Positions 39,586-48,901 of a stretch of DNA of 64,000 nucleotides are shown here, piece after piece. Origin of the DNA: Thermoflexus hugenholtzii JAD2 (GTDB lineage: Bacteria; Chloroflexota; Dehalococcoidia; UBA2979); assembly GCA_945903275.1 (NCBI GenBank), contig CAMDNW010000001.1, positions 128,303 through 192,302 of the forward strand, read 5' to 3'. Both the position numbers and the translations under genes were made by a program. The notes beneath the pieces were generated by a model that was given only the letters and a program-made list of their open reading frames with translations, ran no database searches and was not told the origin of the DNA. Numbering within the stretch: position 1 is the first letter of the stretch; each line of letters opens with the position of its first letter.

Positions 39586-39796
39586 AGGTGGCGCGTGGTA
39601 TCGCAAGTATTTCAGCGCGGACTACCAATCACTGGATCACTATCACGCAGTAGTGAATGCTGGCCGTATGCCCGACCACACTGCGTCGGACTTGGTGATT
39701 GAGGCCATGCAGGCGCTGGCGAAGCGCGGGAAAGCGAAAGCCTGACGCCACGCCCGCCGGTGTGCCGGTCGCATCGCTCGTCTTGGAAGGACATGC

Positions 39797-40198
39797 ATGC
39801 ACATCAATTTCACCTTCCTCTGCGACGCCGCCAGTCAGGGCGCTAACGGCAAGATCGATGCCCTCGGCATCGGCGTTAGCCGCCTGTTCGCCTCGGCGCT
39901 CCCGGTACAGCACCCGATGCTGTTCGCGGTCGCCGAGGTCGCCTATAACGCGATGGAGGCCGGCCCGAAGGCGATGGCGCTCCGGCTCATCGACGCCGAC
40001 GGCCGCGACGTGATCCCGCCTGTGAACAGCGAGTTCTTCCTCGCCGCGATCGCTGACAACCCGGCTTGCGTCGCGCACCTCATTCTGCAGTTCGCGATGG
40101 TGCAGTTCACTGCGTTTGGCGACTACGCCGTAGAACTTGCCATCGACGGCCGGCCGATCGCGTCGCTGCCCCTCGCCATCGTCCAAGCAGCGACATAA
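39797..40198 (+). CDS. Hypothetical protein (133 aa), conserved-looking, between hisB and hisN
   Basis: Intact ORF; GAGGAG SD of hisN lies directly after its stop; no recognisable motif. Confidence 0.5.
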   Translation: MHINFTFLCDAASQGANGKIDALGIGVSRLFASALPVQHPMLFAVAEVAYNAMEAGPKAMALRLIDADGRDVIPPVNSEFFLAAIADNPACVAHLILQFAMVQFTAFGDYAVELAIDGRPIASLPLAIVQAAT

Positions 40199-40222
40199 CG
40201 TATCGAGGAGCCAACGCGCCCT

Positions 40223-41050
40223 ATGTCTGAGCTGGCCACCGCCGCACTGCTTGCCTTCGCCCACACCCTCGCCGACGCTGCCGACGAGGCGAATATGCGT
40301 CATTACCGAGCCAACCCTGAGATTTGGCAAAAGTCCGACGGCAGCCTCGTCACCCTCGCTGACACCCAGACTGAATCGCTATTGCGAGCGCAGATCGCCG
40401 CGCGCTTTCCCGGCCACCGCATCCTCGGCGAGGAAGAAGGGGAAACCCGTCCGCCGATGCCGCTCGACGCTGGCCCCGGCGACGCTCCGCCGCCCGGTTG
40501 GATCCTTGACCCCATCGACGGCACCCACAACTTCGCCCGAGGCGTCCCGATCTGGGCCACGCTCATCGCCTGCGAGCGTGACGGCCGTCCTGAGGTTGGT
40601 GTGGTCTCCGCACCTGCCCTCGGCACACGTTGGTGGGCTGCCCGTGGTCTCGGCGCGTACCGCCGTGACCGTCTCACCGGTGTCGAGGAGCGCATCCACG
40701 TCTCGCCTCGCGCCACGCTCGCGGAGTCGCAGGTGCTCTATGGCTCCTACACGCTCACCTTTGACGCTTGGGCTGGCCGCGCCGAGGCGCTCATGCGCGG
40801 CTCATGGCGGCAGCGCGGCTTCGGCGACTTCTGGCAGCACTGTCTCGTCGCCGAGGGCGCCGCCGAGGTCGCCCTCGAAGGCCAGATCAAGCCATGGGAC
40901 ATCGCGGCCGCGCAGATCATCGTCGAAGAAGCCGGTGGCCGCCTCACGGACCTCGATGGCGTTGCCCGCATCGATGCTGGCTACTGCATCACCTCGAACG
41001 GCGCGCTGCACGATATCGTGCTCCGCGCGCTGCGGGGCGAAGGCTCCTAG
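40223..41050 (+). CDS. hisN: Histidinol-phosphatase, inositol-monophosphatase family
   Basis: IMPase motifs GEEEG, ILDPIDGT, WDIAAAQIIVEEAGG; location in the his cluster. Confidence 0.75.
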   Translation: MSELATAALLAFAHTLADAADEANMRHYRANPEIWQKSDGSLVTLADTQTESLLRAQIAARFPGHRILGEEEGETRPPMPLDAGPGDAPPPGWILDPIDGTHNFARGVPIWATLIACERDGRPEVGVVSAPALGTRWWAARGLGAYRRDRLTGVEERIHVSPRATLAESQVLYGSYTLTFDAWAGRAEALMRGSWRQRGFGDFWQHCLVAEGAAEVALEGQIKPWDIAAAQIIVEEAGGRLTDLDGVARIDAGYCITSNGALHDIVLRALRGEGS

Positions 41051-41793
41051 CGTGCCGCAGCGGCCTGCGGCGTTCCAGCGTGCAGTGCCTCCAGCCGCGC
41101 TACGAGGAACGCGCGAAGCGTGTCGCGCCCCTCGGTGCTAATCCCGCCGTGACCGCCAGGTGTTGATTGCAACCGCTTGTCCACAGAGGCGATCTGTCCG
41201 TACAACTCGAACGCGCTCTCGCGTTCAAAGCGCTCGTCGTCCCACTGCACGTGGTATACGAGAGGGCAGGTGATCCGAGGCGCATCTTCCGCTAGCCGTG
41301 CCGCGATCCCACTCCGGTCGATCGAGGTGCCCCGATACCCGCACAGCCCCAGCACCGCGACCGCGATCCGTGGCTCTGCGGCCACGTACGGGATGCCGAA
41401 CATCGAACCCATCGAGAGCCCGTGAAACCCGACCGCGTTCGCGTCGAACTCGCCGAGTGCCAGCAGCGCGTCCAGCGTCCTCGCCCAATCGATATTCATG
41501 TCCTCGATAACATTTGGGCGCGCCCACATAGCGCTGTATTCCGGATGCTCGGTCGTCGTCACCGGCCCACGATCGCCGTGTGCCGGCCCATCAATGGCCG
41601 CGGTAGCGATCCCACACCGTCCGGTGAAGTAGTCGCGTGCATCGAGGATGTTCGCGGTGTTCTTCGACCCGCTCCCGCCGTGCCCCAGCAGGATCATCGG
41701 CTTCACTCCCGAGACATCCGAGGCTGAGGCTGTCCACAGCATCCCTGGCACCGGCCCGTTCGCCCCTGCCACCCAAAATTGCCGTTCGGTCAT
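41047..41793 (-). CDS. Alpha/beta hydrolase (dienelactone-hydrolase-like)
   Basis: GLSMGS nucleophile elbow; 248 aa. Confidence 0.7.
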   Translation of the reverse strand: MTERQFWVAGANGPVPGMLWTASASDVSGVKPMILLGHGGSGSKNTANILDARDYFTGRCGIATAAIDGPAHGDRGPVTTTEHPEYSAMWARPNVIEDMNIDWARTLDALLALGEFDANAVGFHGLSMGSMFGIPYVAAEPRIAVAVLGLCGYRGTSIDRSGIAARLAEDAPRITCPLVYHVQWDDERFERESAFELYGQIASVDKRLQSTPGGHGGISTEGRDTLRAFLVARLEALHAGTPQAAAAR

Positions 41794-41885
41794 GCCGCCG
41801 TCTATCAGATGAGTCGTGATGATGTCTATCGCGGTGCTCCCATTCGTGCGGGCGCATCATACGTCTGGCGGGGAGGCAGAAGTCG

Positions 41886-42155
41886 CTATCGCCCCGGCGC
41901 CGTAACCTCACTCACATCGAACGAGAACATTTCGATCACTGGGTTTGCCAGCAGCTGCTCGCACATCGAACGTACCGAGGTTTCCGCCGCCGGCGCCGAT
42001 TCCGCGCGCACGGTGACCTCGATGCGCTTGCCGACACGCACCATGCACACCCCAGAGTGTCCGAGCGAGTGGAGGCCGTCGCGCACCGCGAGGCCCTGCG
42101 GGTCGTTGACCAGCGGTTTTAGCATCACGTCGATACGGGCGAGGTAGTCGGCCAT
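41886..42155 (-). CDS. purS: Phosphoribosylformylglycinamidine synthase subunit PurS
   Basis: LKPLVNDPQGLAVRDGLHSLG pattern; 89 aa. Confidence 0.85.
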   Translation of the reverse strand: MADYLARIDVMLKPLVNDPQGLAVRDGLHSLGHSGVCMVRVGKRIEVTVRAESAPAAETSVRSMCEQLLANPVIEMFSFDVSEVTAPGR

Positions 42156-42163
42156 CGGTGCTC

Positions 42164-43069
42164 CTATCGTTCGGGTAGCGGCGCGCCGGTCAGAAGCCGG
42201 TACGCCTCGAGATACCGTTCAGATGTGTCGCTCACGATGTCGCTCGGCAGCACTGGCCCCGGCGGGCGCTTGTCCCAGTCGGACGCTTCTAGCCAGTCGC
42301 GCAGAGGCTGCTTGTCGAACGACTGCTGGTCATGCCCCGGCTCATACCGATCCACCGGCCAGAACCGCGAGGAGTCCGGCGTCAGGCATTCGTCGATCAG
42401 CGTTACCTCGCCGTCGATTATCCCGAACTCGAACTTCGTGTCCGCGATGATGATCCCCTGCTCCAGCGCGACCTCTGAGGCGTACCGGTACAGCGCCAGC
42501 GATCGTAGCCGCATCACATGCGCCCGCTCTAGCCCCACCAGCGCCTCGACTTGTTCGTAGGTGATCGGCTCGTCGTGCCCCTCTGCGGCTTTGTAGGAGG
42601 GCGTGAAGATCGGCTCGAACAGGCGGTCGGCTTGCCGCAACCCGTCGTCGAGTTTGATTCCGCTGATCGGGCGGCCTGCCTGGTAGTCCGCCCATCCCGA
42701 TCCCGCGAGGTAGCCGCGCACAACGCATTCCACTGGCAGCGGCTCGGCCTTGCGCACCACCATCGAGCGCCCAAAGAACGATGCGTCCGCGTCCACACAG
42801 AGTTCACTTGCGTTCGAGGCGTCGAGCACTGCGATCATGTGGTTCGGCACCACAAGGTTGGTGCGGTCAAACCAGTATGCGGACAGCCTCGTCAGCACCT
42901 CGCCTTTGCGCGGTATGCCGTTGCGCATCACCACGTCAAACGCCGACAGGCGGTCGGTGGCGACCATCAGCATGCGGTCGCCCGGCAACCCATACAGGTC
43001 GCGCACCTTGCCGCGGTTGAGCAGGCCCGGCCGTTCGGTGGTGAGAATCACTTCGTTGGCTGCGGTCAT
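42164..43069 (-). CDS. purC: Phosphoribosylaminoimidazole-succinocarboxamide synthase
   Basis: GKVRDLYG...ATDRLSAFD motif. Confidence 0.9.
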   Translation of the reverse strand: MTAANEVILTTERPGLLNRGKVRDLYGLPGDRMLMVATDRLSAFDVVMRNGIPRKGEVLTRLSAYWFDRTNLVVPNHMIAVLDASNASELCVDADASFFGRSMVVRKAEPLPVECVVRGYLAGSGWADYQAGRPISGIKLDDGLRQADRLFEPIFTPSYKAAEGHDEPITYEQVEALVGLERAHVMRLRSLALYRYASEVALEQGIIIADTKFEFGIIDGEVTLIDECLTPDSSRFWPVDRYEPGHDQQSFDKQPLRDWLEASDWDKRPPGPVLPSDIVSDTSERYLEAYRLLTGAPLPER

Positions 43070-43129
43070 CGAGATTGATCCTCTTGCTGTGAATGGGCTC
43101 GTTTGTATCTCGGTGCATCCTCTTCCAGG

Positions 43130-44425
43130 TCACAAAAGCCCGATGCGCTGGAACGACGAGTCGATGTGCACGAGGTACGCGCGGTAGTCGAACACCTTGT
43201 CGAGCACGGCCTTGTCGAGGCGCGTAGTGACCTCGGGATCCGATTCTAGCAGCCCTCGGAACGGGGTCTGTTGGTCCCACGCTGCCATCGAGTGGCGCTG
43301 CACGATCTTGTACGCGTCCTCGCGGCTCATCCCGCTCTCGATCAGCGCCAGCAGTACTTTCTGTGAGAACACCAGCCCTTGTGTCCGTTCGAGGTTGAAC
43401 GTCATCCGCTCGGGATACACCACCAGGCCATCCATAACGCCTGTGAAGATGTGCAGCATGTAGGCCAGCAGCCCGGTCGCGTCCGGCAGCACGATGCGCT
43501 CTGTGCTGGAGTGCGAGATGTCCCGTTCGTGCCAGAGCGCCACGTCTTCCAGCGCCATCACCGCGTAGCCGCGTAGCGTCCGCGAGAGGCCGCACACGCG
43601 CTCACACAACTCCGGGTTCCGCTTGTGCGGCATCGAGGATGATCCGGTCTGCCCGGCGGTGAACGGCTCCTCGGCTTCCAGAATCTCTGTGCGCTGCAAG
43701 CCTCGGATCTCCGTCGCGAACTTCTCCATCGACGACCCGATGCCCGCGATCGCCGAGACGTACGCCGCGTGCCGGTCGCGCTGGATGATTTGGTTGGTCA
43801 CCGGCGCCACCGCGATGCCGAGGTGCTTGCAAGCCGCCTCTTCGACCGCGGGCGGCACCGTGGCGTGCGTGCCTACCGGCCCCGACATCTGCCCCACTGC
43901 GATCGTCGCGCGCGCCTGTTTCAGCCGCTCTTCGTGCCGCTTCAGTTCATCGACCCACACCGCGAGCTTCAGCCCGAAGGTGGTTGGCTCGGCGTGAACT
44001 CCATGCGTGCGACCCACACAAATCGTGTCCTTGTGCGTCAGCGCCTGCCGTCCGACGACCTCGCGCAACTTCGCGAGTTGCCCCAGCAGCACATCGGCCG
44101 CCGCCATCATCTGAAGGCTCGTCGCGGTGTCCCACACGTCCGAGGATGTGAGCCCCAAGTGTACCCACCGCGATTCCGGACCTAGGGAGTCGGCGACCGA
44201 CCGCATGAACGCGGTCACGTCGTGGTGTGTTTCCGCGATGTACTTGTTGATGTCGTCGATGTTTACCTTGGCGTGCTGAGCGATGAGGTCGGCGTCCTTG
44301 CGCGGCACTTCGCCATGGTCGGCCCACGCTTGGATGACAGCGACCTCTACCTGGAGCCAAGTGTTGTACTTGAACTCGTCTTCCCAGATCGCGGTTATCT
44401 CGGGGCGGCTATAACGGGGGATCAT
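43130..44425 (-). CDS. purB: Adenylosuccinate lyase
   Basis: Fumarate-lyase signature GSSSMPHKRNP. Confidence 0.9.
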   Translation of the reverse strand: MIPRYSRPEITAIWEDEFKYNTWLQVEVAVIQAWADHGEVPRKDADLIAQHAKVNIDDINKYIAETHHDVTAFMRSVADSLGPESRWVHLGLTSSDVWDTATSLQMMAAADVLLGQLAKLREVVGRQALTHKDTICVGRTHGVHAEPTTFGLKLAVWVDELKRHEERLKQARATIAVGQMSGPVGTHATVPPAVEEAACKHLGIAVAPVTNQIIQRDRHAAYVSAIAGIGSSMEKFATEIRGLQRTEILEAEEPFTAGQTGSSSMPHKRNPELCERVCGLSRTLRGYAVMALEDVALWHERDISHSSTERIVLPDATGLLAYMLHIFTGVMDGLVVYPERMTFNLERTQGLVFSQKVLLALIESGMSREDAYKIVQRHSMAAWDQQTPFRGLLESDPEVTTRLDKAVLDKVFDYRAYLVHIDSSFQRIGLL

Positions 44426-44455
44426 GCTGTTACCTTGTCAGTACGGGTTCAAGGG

Positions 44456-44809
44456 CTAAGTGAGATCGCCGAGGAAGTCCTCGCGCACTGGCGAGAACGC
44501 CTCGAGCAATGTTGTAGTGTCGATGGCGATGACATGATGTGGCACACCACCCGGGATCACATACGCGTCGCCCGGGCCAAGTTCCAGCGCTTGCCCGCTG
44601 ATGGTGAAGCGTACCCGCCCGCTGGCTACCTGTCCCGCTTGCTCGTGTGGATGCACATGCTCTGGCACCTCGTGCCCCTCCGCAATCTGAATCTCCACCA
44701 GCGTCAGGTTCGTGCCTGATCCGAGTGTCCGCCTTGTCACACCGGGGAACGCCTCCACCGCGCGCATTGAGGCGTACCGCCGTTCGAATGTCTGATCCAC
44801 CATCGTCAC
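44456..44809 (-). CDS. Cupin domain protein
   Basis: Two-His cupin motifs HVHPHEQ...GVPHHVIA; embedded in the pur operon. Confidence 0.7.
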   Translation of the reverse strand: MTMVDQTFERRYASMRAVEAFPGVTRRTLGSGTNLTLVEIQIAEGHEVPEHVHPHEQAGQVASGRVRFTISGQALELGPGDAYVIPGGVPHHVIAIDTTTLLEAFSPVREDFLGDLT

Positions 44810-45222
44810 CCCGCCACTCTCGACACCATCGGGTCAGGCCCGAGGATTACCTGCGCCATCGTACGGCTCACCGCGTCGCGCTCGTGTACGTCGCCGAACA
44901 ACGCCCATACCTCGGGCTCGCGCCCCTCGGCGGTCTCCGCCACGACGCGCGCAAACTGTCGCGCCGCGTCCTCCAGCGGCGCGCGCTGCGCGGCCACCGT
45001 GGCTGCCGGTATCTCATCCGGCCGCAAGTTGCGGATCACCAGTTCCCGGTTCCCCGCGAGTCCATCGAGCACTTCCTCGATCATCGCCCCGCGCCCCGCT
45101 CCCCACGTCGCGATGTAGTGCAGGCATGGCAGCGGCTCGGGCTGCGCCGGCGCCGTCGACAGCGTGTCGATGTCGATGCTGCGCCGGCATTCGCGCATCG
45201 GGCAGCGCACGAAGTGGCTCAC
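44806..45222 (-). CDS. Hypothetical protein (138 aa) translationally coupled between purD and the cupin gene
   Basis: Start overlaps purD stop (ATGA) and stop overlaps the cupin start; N-terminal C-x4-C; no recognisable family. Confidence 0.5.
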   Translation of the reverse strand: MSHFVRCPMRECRRSIDIDTLSTAPAQPEPLPCLHYIATWGAGRGAMIEEVLDGLAGNRELVIRNLRPDEIPAATVAAQRAPLEDAARQFARVVAETAEGREPEVWALFGDVHERDAVSRTMAQVILGPDPMVSRVAG

Positions 45223-46517
45223 CGCGATGCCTCGATCGGCGCATCCGCCGTGGCGCCGATGTCCGTTCGGTAGTGCGCTCCCTCGAAGTGGATGCGCCGC
45301 ACGTTGTCATACGCCCGCGTCCGCGCTTCGGCTACAGTCGCGCCGATCGCGACGACGCAGAGCACTCGCCCGCCCGAGGTGCGCAACACGCCGGCTTCGT
45401 CACGCTGCGCTCCGGCGATGAAAACGTGTACATCGCTATCCACGCTGTCGATGCCTTCGATTGGGAAGCCGGTTTCGTACTCTCCGGGATACCCGGCGGA
45501 TGCCATCATCACGCCCACGGTCGCATCGTCCGACCATTCCACCGGCACTTCGGCGAGACGGCCATGTGCCACCGCATGACAGATGTCGAGCAAATCGGAA
45601 CGCAGCCGGGGGAGCAAGACTTCTGTCTCGGGATCGCCGAAGCGGCTGTTGAACTCGACGACTTGCGGCCCGTCGGCGGTCAGCATCATGCCGGGATAGA
45701 TCACACCTCGATAGGGACGTCCGGCAGCAGCGAGGGCGCGTACCGCGCGCTCGGTCACCTCGTTCTCGATGGCTGACTGGATCGCAGGATCAAGCCAGCC
45801 AGGTGGTGAGTAGACCCCTATGCCCCCGGTGTTTGGGCCAACATTGCCATCGAAGACAGGCTTGTAGTCGCATGAGAACGGCATGTGGCGGACCGTGACG
45901 CCATCAGTAAACGCGTGCGCCGATGTCTCGCGCCCGGTCATCCGCTGCTCGATGACGATGCGTGCCCCGGCAGGCCCGAACCGATTGTGTACCATCGCGT
46001 CTTCAATCGCCTGCAATGCCTCTGCAACGGTGTCGCAGACGACCACGCCCTTGCCCAGCGCCAGCCCGTCAGCCTTCACGACGCATTGCAGGTCAGCCAT
46101 GTAGATCGCGCGGGCAAATTCGCGCGCCTCCCATGCGTTATCGAACGTTTTCGCGCCTGCTGTTGCGATGCCAGCGTCGGCCATCAACTGCTTGGCGAAT
46201 GATTTCGACCACTCGATCTCGGCCGCTGCACGCGTCGGGCCGAACGCCGCAATCCCAGCGGCTTCGAGGCAGTCGACCACCCCCGCAGCAAGCGGATCAT
46301 CTGGTGTAACGATCACGAGATCGGCGTGAATCCGCTGCGCAAGTGCGAGTACGGCCTCGGGGTCGGTGGTTTCGACCTCGACGTTCTCTCCGTAGGCCGC
46401 CGTCCCCGCGTTCCCCGGCCCGATCCACAACTTCCCAAGGTTCGGCGACTGCGCGACCTTCCACGCAATCGCGTGCTCGCGCGCCCCGGAACCGATTAGC
46501 AGGACGTTTAGCGCCAC
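45219..46517 (-). CDS. purD: Phosphoribosylamine--glycine ligase
   Basis: ATP-grasp motifs; 432 aa. Confidence 0.9.
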   Translation of the reverse strand: MALNVLLIGSGAREHAIAWKVAQSPNLGKLWIGPGNAGTAAYGENVEVETTDPEAVLALAQRIHADLVIVTPDDPLAAGVVDCLEAAGIAAFGPTRAAAEIEWSKSFAKQLMADAGIATAGAKTFDNAWEAREFARAIYMADLQCVVKADGLALGKGVVVCDTVAEALQAIEDAMVHNRFGPAGARIVIEQRMTGRETSAHAFTDGVTVRHMPFSCDYKPVFDGNVGPNTGGIGVYSPPGWLDPAIQSAIENEVTERAVRALAAAGRPYRGVIYPGMMLTADGPQVVEFNSRFGDPETEVLLPRLRSDLLDICHAVAHGRLAEVPVEWSDDATVGVMMASAGYPGEYETGFPIEGIDSVDSDVHVFIAGAQRDEAGVLRTSGGRVLCVVAIGATVAEARTRAYDNVRRIHFEGAHYRTDIGATADAPIEASR

Positions 46518-46518
46518 G

Positions 46519-48186
46519 CTATTCCCATTCGATGGTGCCGGGCGGCTTGCTGGTGATGTCGTACACCACCCGGTTGACCTCCGGCACTTCGTTCACGATG
46601 CGTGTCGAGATGCGGCCTAGCAGGTCGTCGGGCAGCCGCGCCCAGTCGGCGGTCATCGCGTCCTCGGCGGTTACGCAGCGCAGCGCGATGCAGTAGCCGT
46701 AGGTGCGGAAGTCGCCTTGCACGCCCACAGTCTTCGTGTCGGTCAGCACCGCGAACGCCTGCCACAGGTCGTAGTAGAGGGCCGCGCCACGAATCTCTTC
46801 CGTCACGATCCGGTCGGCCGCGCGTACGACCTCGACCTTCTCGCGCGTCACCTCGCCGATCACGCGGATCGCCAGCCCGGGGCCAGGGAACGGCTGCCGA
46901 TACACCATCTCGTCGGACAGTCCGAGTTCCTTGCCGACACGCCGTACCTCGTCTTTGAACAGGAACCGCAGCGGCTCGATCAGCGTGAACTGCATATCTG
47001 CCGGCAGCCCACCCACGTTGTGGTGTGTCTTGATCTTCGCCGCCGCGCTTGACCCGGTCGAAGCCGATTCGATCACGTCGGGATACGTCGTGCCCTGGCA
47101 GATGAAGTCGACGCGTCCCAGTGCAGCCGCCTCCGCCTCGAACACACGGATGAACATCTCGCCGATGCGCTTTCGCTTCGTCTCGGGGTTCGTCACCTCC
47201 ACGAGTTCCGCAAAAAACTTGTCGACGGCATCGACGTGCAGCAACTGCATCGCCATCTGCTCGCGGAAGTTCGAGACCACCTGCTCGCTCTCGCCCCAGC
47301 GCATCATGCCATTGTCGACATAGATGCACGTCAATTGGTCGCCGATCGCGCGATGCACCAGGGTGGCCGCGACCGCGGAGTCGACGCCGCCCGAGAGCGC
47401 GCAGATCACCTTGCCGTCGCCGACCCGCTCGCGGATGCTCTTCACCGACTCTTCAATGAAGTTCGCCGCCGTCCAGTCGCCCGCGCAGTGCGCGACCTCG
47501 AACAGGAAGTTGCGGATCAATTGGTCGCCCTGCGGCGTGTGTACCACCTCGGGGTGGAATTGGATTGCAAGGTGCCCCGCGTCGTCCGCCATCGCTGCCA
47601 CCGGCGACGACTCCGACTGCGCGAGCGAGCGGAACCCCGGCGGGAGGTCGACTACATGGTCGCCGTGCGACATCCACACCGGCATCGTGCTCGGCAGATC
47701 GTGGAACAGCGGGTTCTCGCCGTACGCGCGCGTGATCACCGCGTGCCCATACTCGCGATGCGTGCTTGGTGCGACCCGCCCGCCCAGTGTGTGTGCTAGT
47801 AACTGCATCCCGTAGCAAATACCGAGTACCGGTAGCCCCGAGGCGATGACATACGACGGCAGCGTCGGCGCATCCGCCTCGTACACCGAGGCTGGCCCGC
47901 CCGACAGCACAAAGCCCGCGATCCGTAGGTGGTTGAGCTGGTCTGCCGGGGTGTCCCACGGCACCAGCTCAGAGTAGACGCCAGCTTCGCGGATACGCCG
48001 TGCGATCAACATGGAGAACTGCGAGCCGTAGTCGAGGATGACCACCGCCTCCGGAGCATTCGGGGCGGGGGTGAAAATTTGTCCCGGTTCCCGCGATCCC
48101 GCGATCTCGAGGTACGTGCCGACTTCTCGGTCGCCGGAAGTGCGGATGCGGGGCGGCGCTGCGGCTGCCTCAATCGGATCTGGCAT
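46519..48186 (-). CDS. guaA: GMP synthase (glutamine-hydrolysing); true start may be internal (GTG near VVILDYGSQ)
   Basis: GATase-1 CYGMQ, PP-loop SGGVDS, C-terminal dimerisation domain ending PGTIEWE. Confidence 0.9.
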   Translation of the reverse strand: MPDPIEAAAAPPRIRTSGDREVGTYLEIAGSREPGQIFTPAPNAPEAVVILDYGSQFSMLIARRIREAGVYSELVPWDTPADQLNHLRIAGFVLSGGPASVYEADAPTLPSYVIASGLPVLGICYGMQLLAHTLGGRVAPSTHREYGHAVITRAYGENPLFHDLPSTMPVWMSHGDHVVDLPPGFRSLAQSESSPVAAMADDAGHLAIQFHPEVVHTPQGDQLIRNFLFEVAHCAGDWTAANFIEESVKSIRERVGDGKVICALSGGVDSAVAATLVHRAIGDQLTCIYVDNGMMRWGESEQVVSNFREQMAMQLLHVDAVDKFFAELVEVTNPETKRKRIGEMFIRVFEAEAAALGRVDFICQGTTYPDVIESASTGSSAAAKIKTHHNVGGLPADMQFTLIEPLRFLFKDEVRRVGKELGLSDEMVYRQPFPGPGLAIRVIGEVTREKVEVVRAADRIVTEEIRGAALYYDLWQAFAVLTDTKTVGVQGDFRTYGYCIALRCVTAEDAMTADWARLPDDLLGRISTRIVNEVPEVNRVVYDITSKPPGTIEWE

Positions 48187-48280
48187 CGGTGGCCTTGGTC
48201 TCGGGGGAGTCCGCTAGGTCGGGATCGTATCCAGCACTATCATGCGGGTCAACGCGAATGCACCGCAGGAGCCATTCCCG

Positions 48281-48901
48281 ATGCCGATCGTGCCCCCGGA
48301 ACGTGTTGGCGAGGTTGTCGAGGCACTCCGCTCTGGCAAGATCGTCTCTATCCCCACCGACACCGTCTACGGCCTCGCCGCCCTCGCCAACGCCCCCGAG
48401 GCTGTCCGCGGCCTCGGCGAACTAAAGGGGCGCGACTCGCCCCAACCGGTAGCCGTGCTCTTTGATGACATAAAGGATATCGACCCCTATATCCGACCTA
48501 GTAACGCGTTCATCAGGCTCTCCGCTTTCTGGCCCGGCCCGCTCACGCTCGTCGTCGAGGTGCGTCACGCCAGTGCCCGTACGTTCCTTGTCACGGATGA
48601 GGGCACCGTCGGCGTCCGCCAGCCCGCCGACACCCTCGCCCGCCGCGTGATCCGCGAGGCGGGTGGGGTGCTCGCCGTCACTAGCGCGAACTGGACTGGC
48701 GAACCGCCTGCGATGACCGCCGAGCAGGTCGCTGCTGCCTTTGGCGACTCCATTTTTGTGCTCGACGGTGGCCCGAGGACGGCGCAGCCCGCCTCCACGG
48801 TTGTCGACCTCACATGCTACCCGCCGCGAATCCTGCGCGAAGGCCCGCTCACCGCCGCGGAACTTGGTCTTGCCGCGCCAGAACCGAGCGGTAGCCGATG
48901 A
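48281..48901 (+). CDS. tsaC: L-threonylcarbamoyladenylate synthase (YrdC/Sua5 domain)
   Basis: IPTDTVYGLAA motif; CAGGAG SD before ATG 48281. Confidence 0.8.
   Translation: MPIVPPERVGEVVEALRSGKIVSIPTDTVYGLAALANAPEAVRGLGELKGRDSPQPVAVLFDDIKDIDPYIRPSNAFIRLSAFWPGPLTLVVEVRHASARTFLVTDEGTVGVRQPADTLARRVIREAGGVLAVTSANWTGEPPAMTAEQVAAAFGDSIFVLDGGPRTAQPASTVVDLTCYPPRILREGPLTAAELGLAAPEPSGSR

Noticed and set aside
39653-39745. 25-30-aa ORF (MPDHTASDLVIEAMQALAKRGKAKA) in the hisB-downstream spacer
   Set aside because: No SD or promoter features. Kept only as a note inside a finding; not called as a feature.
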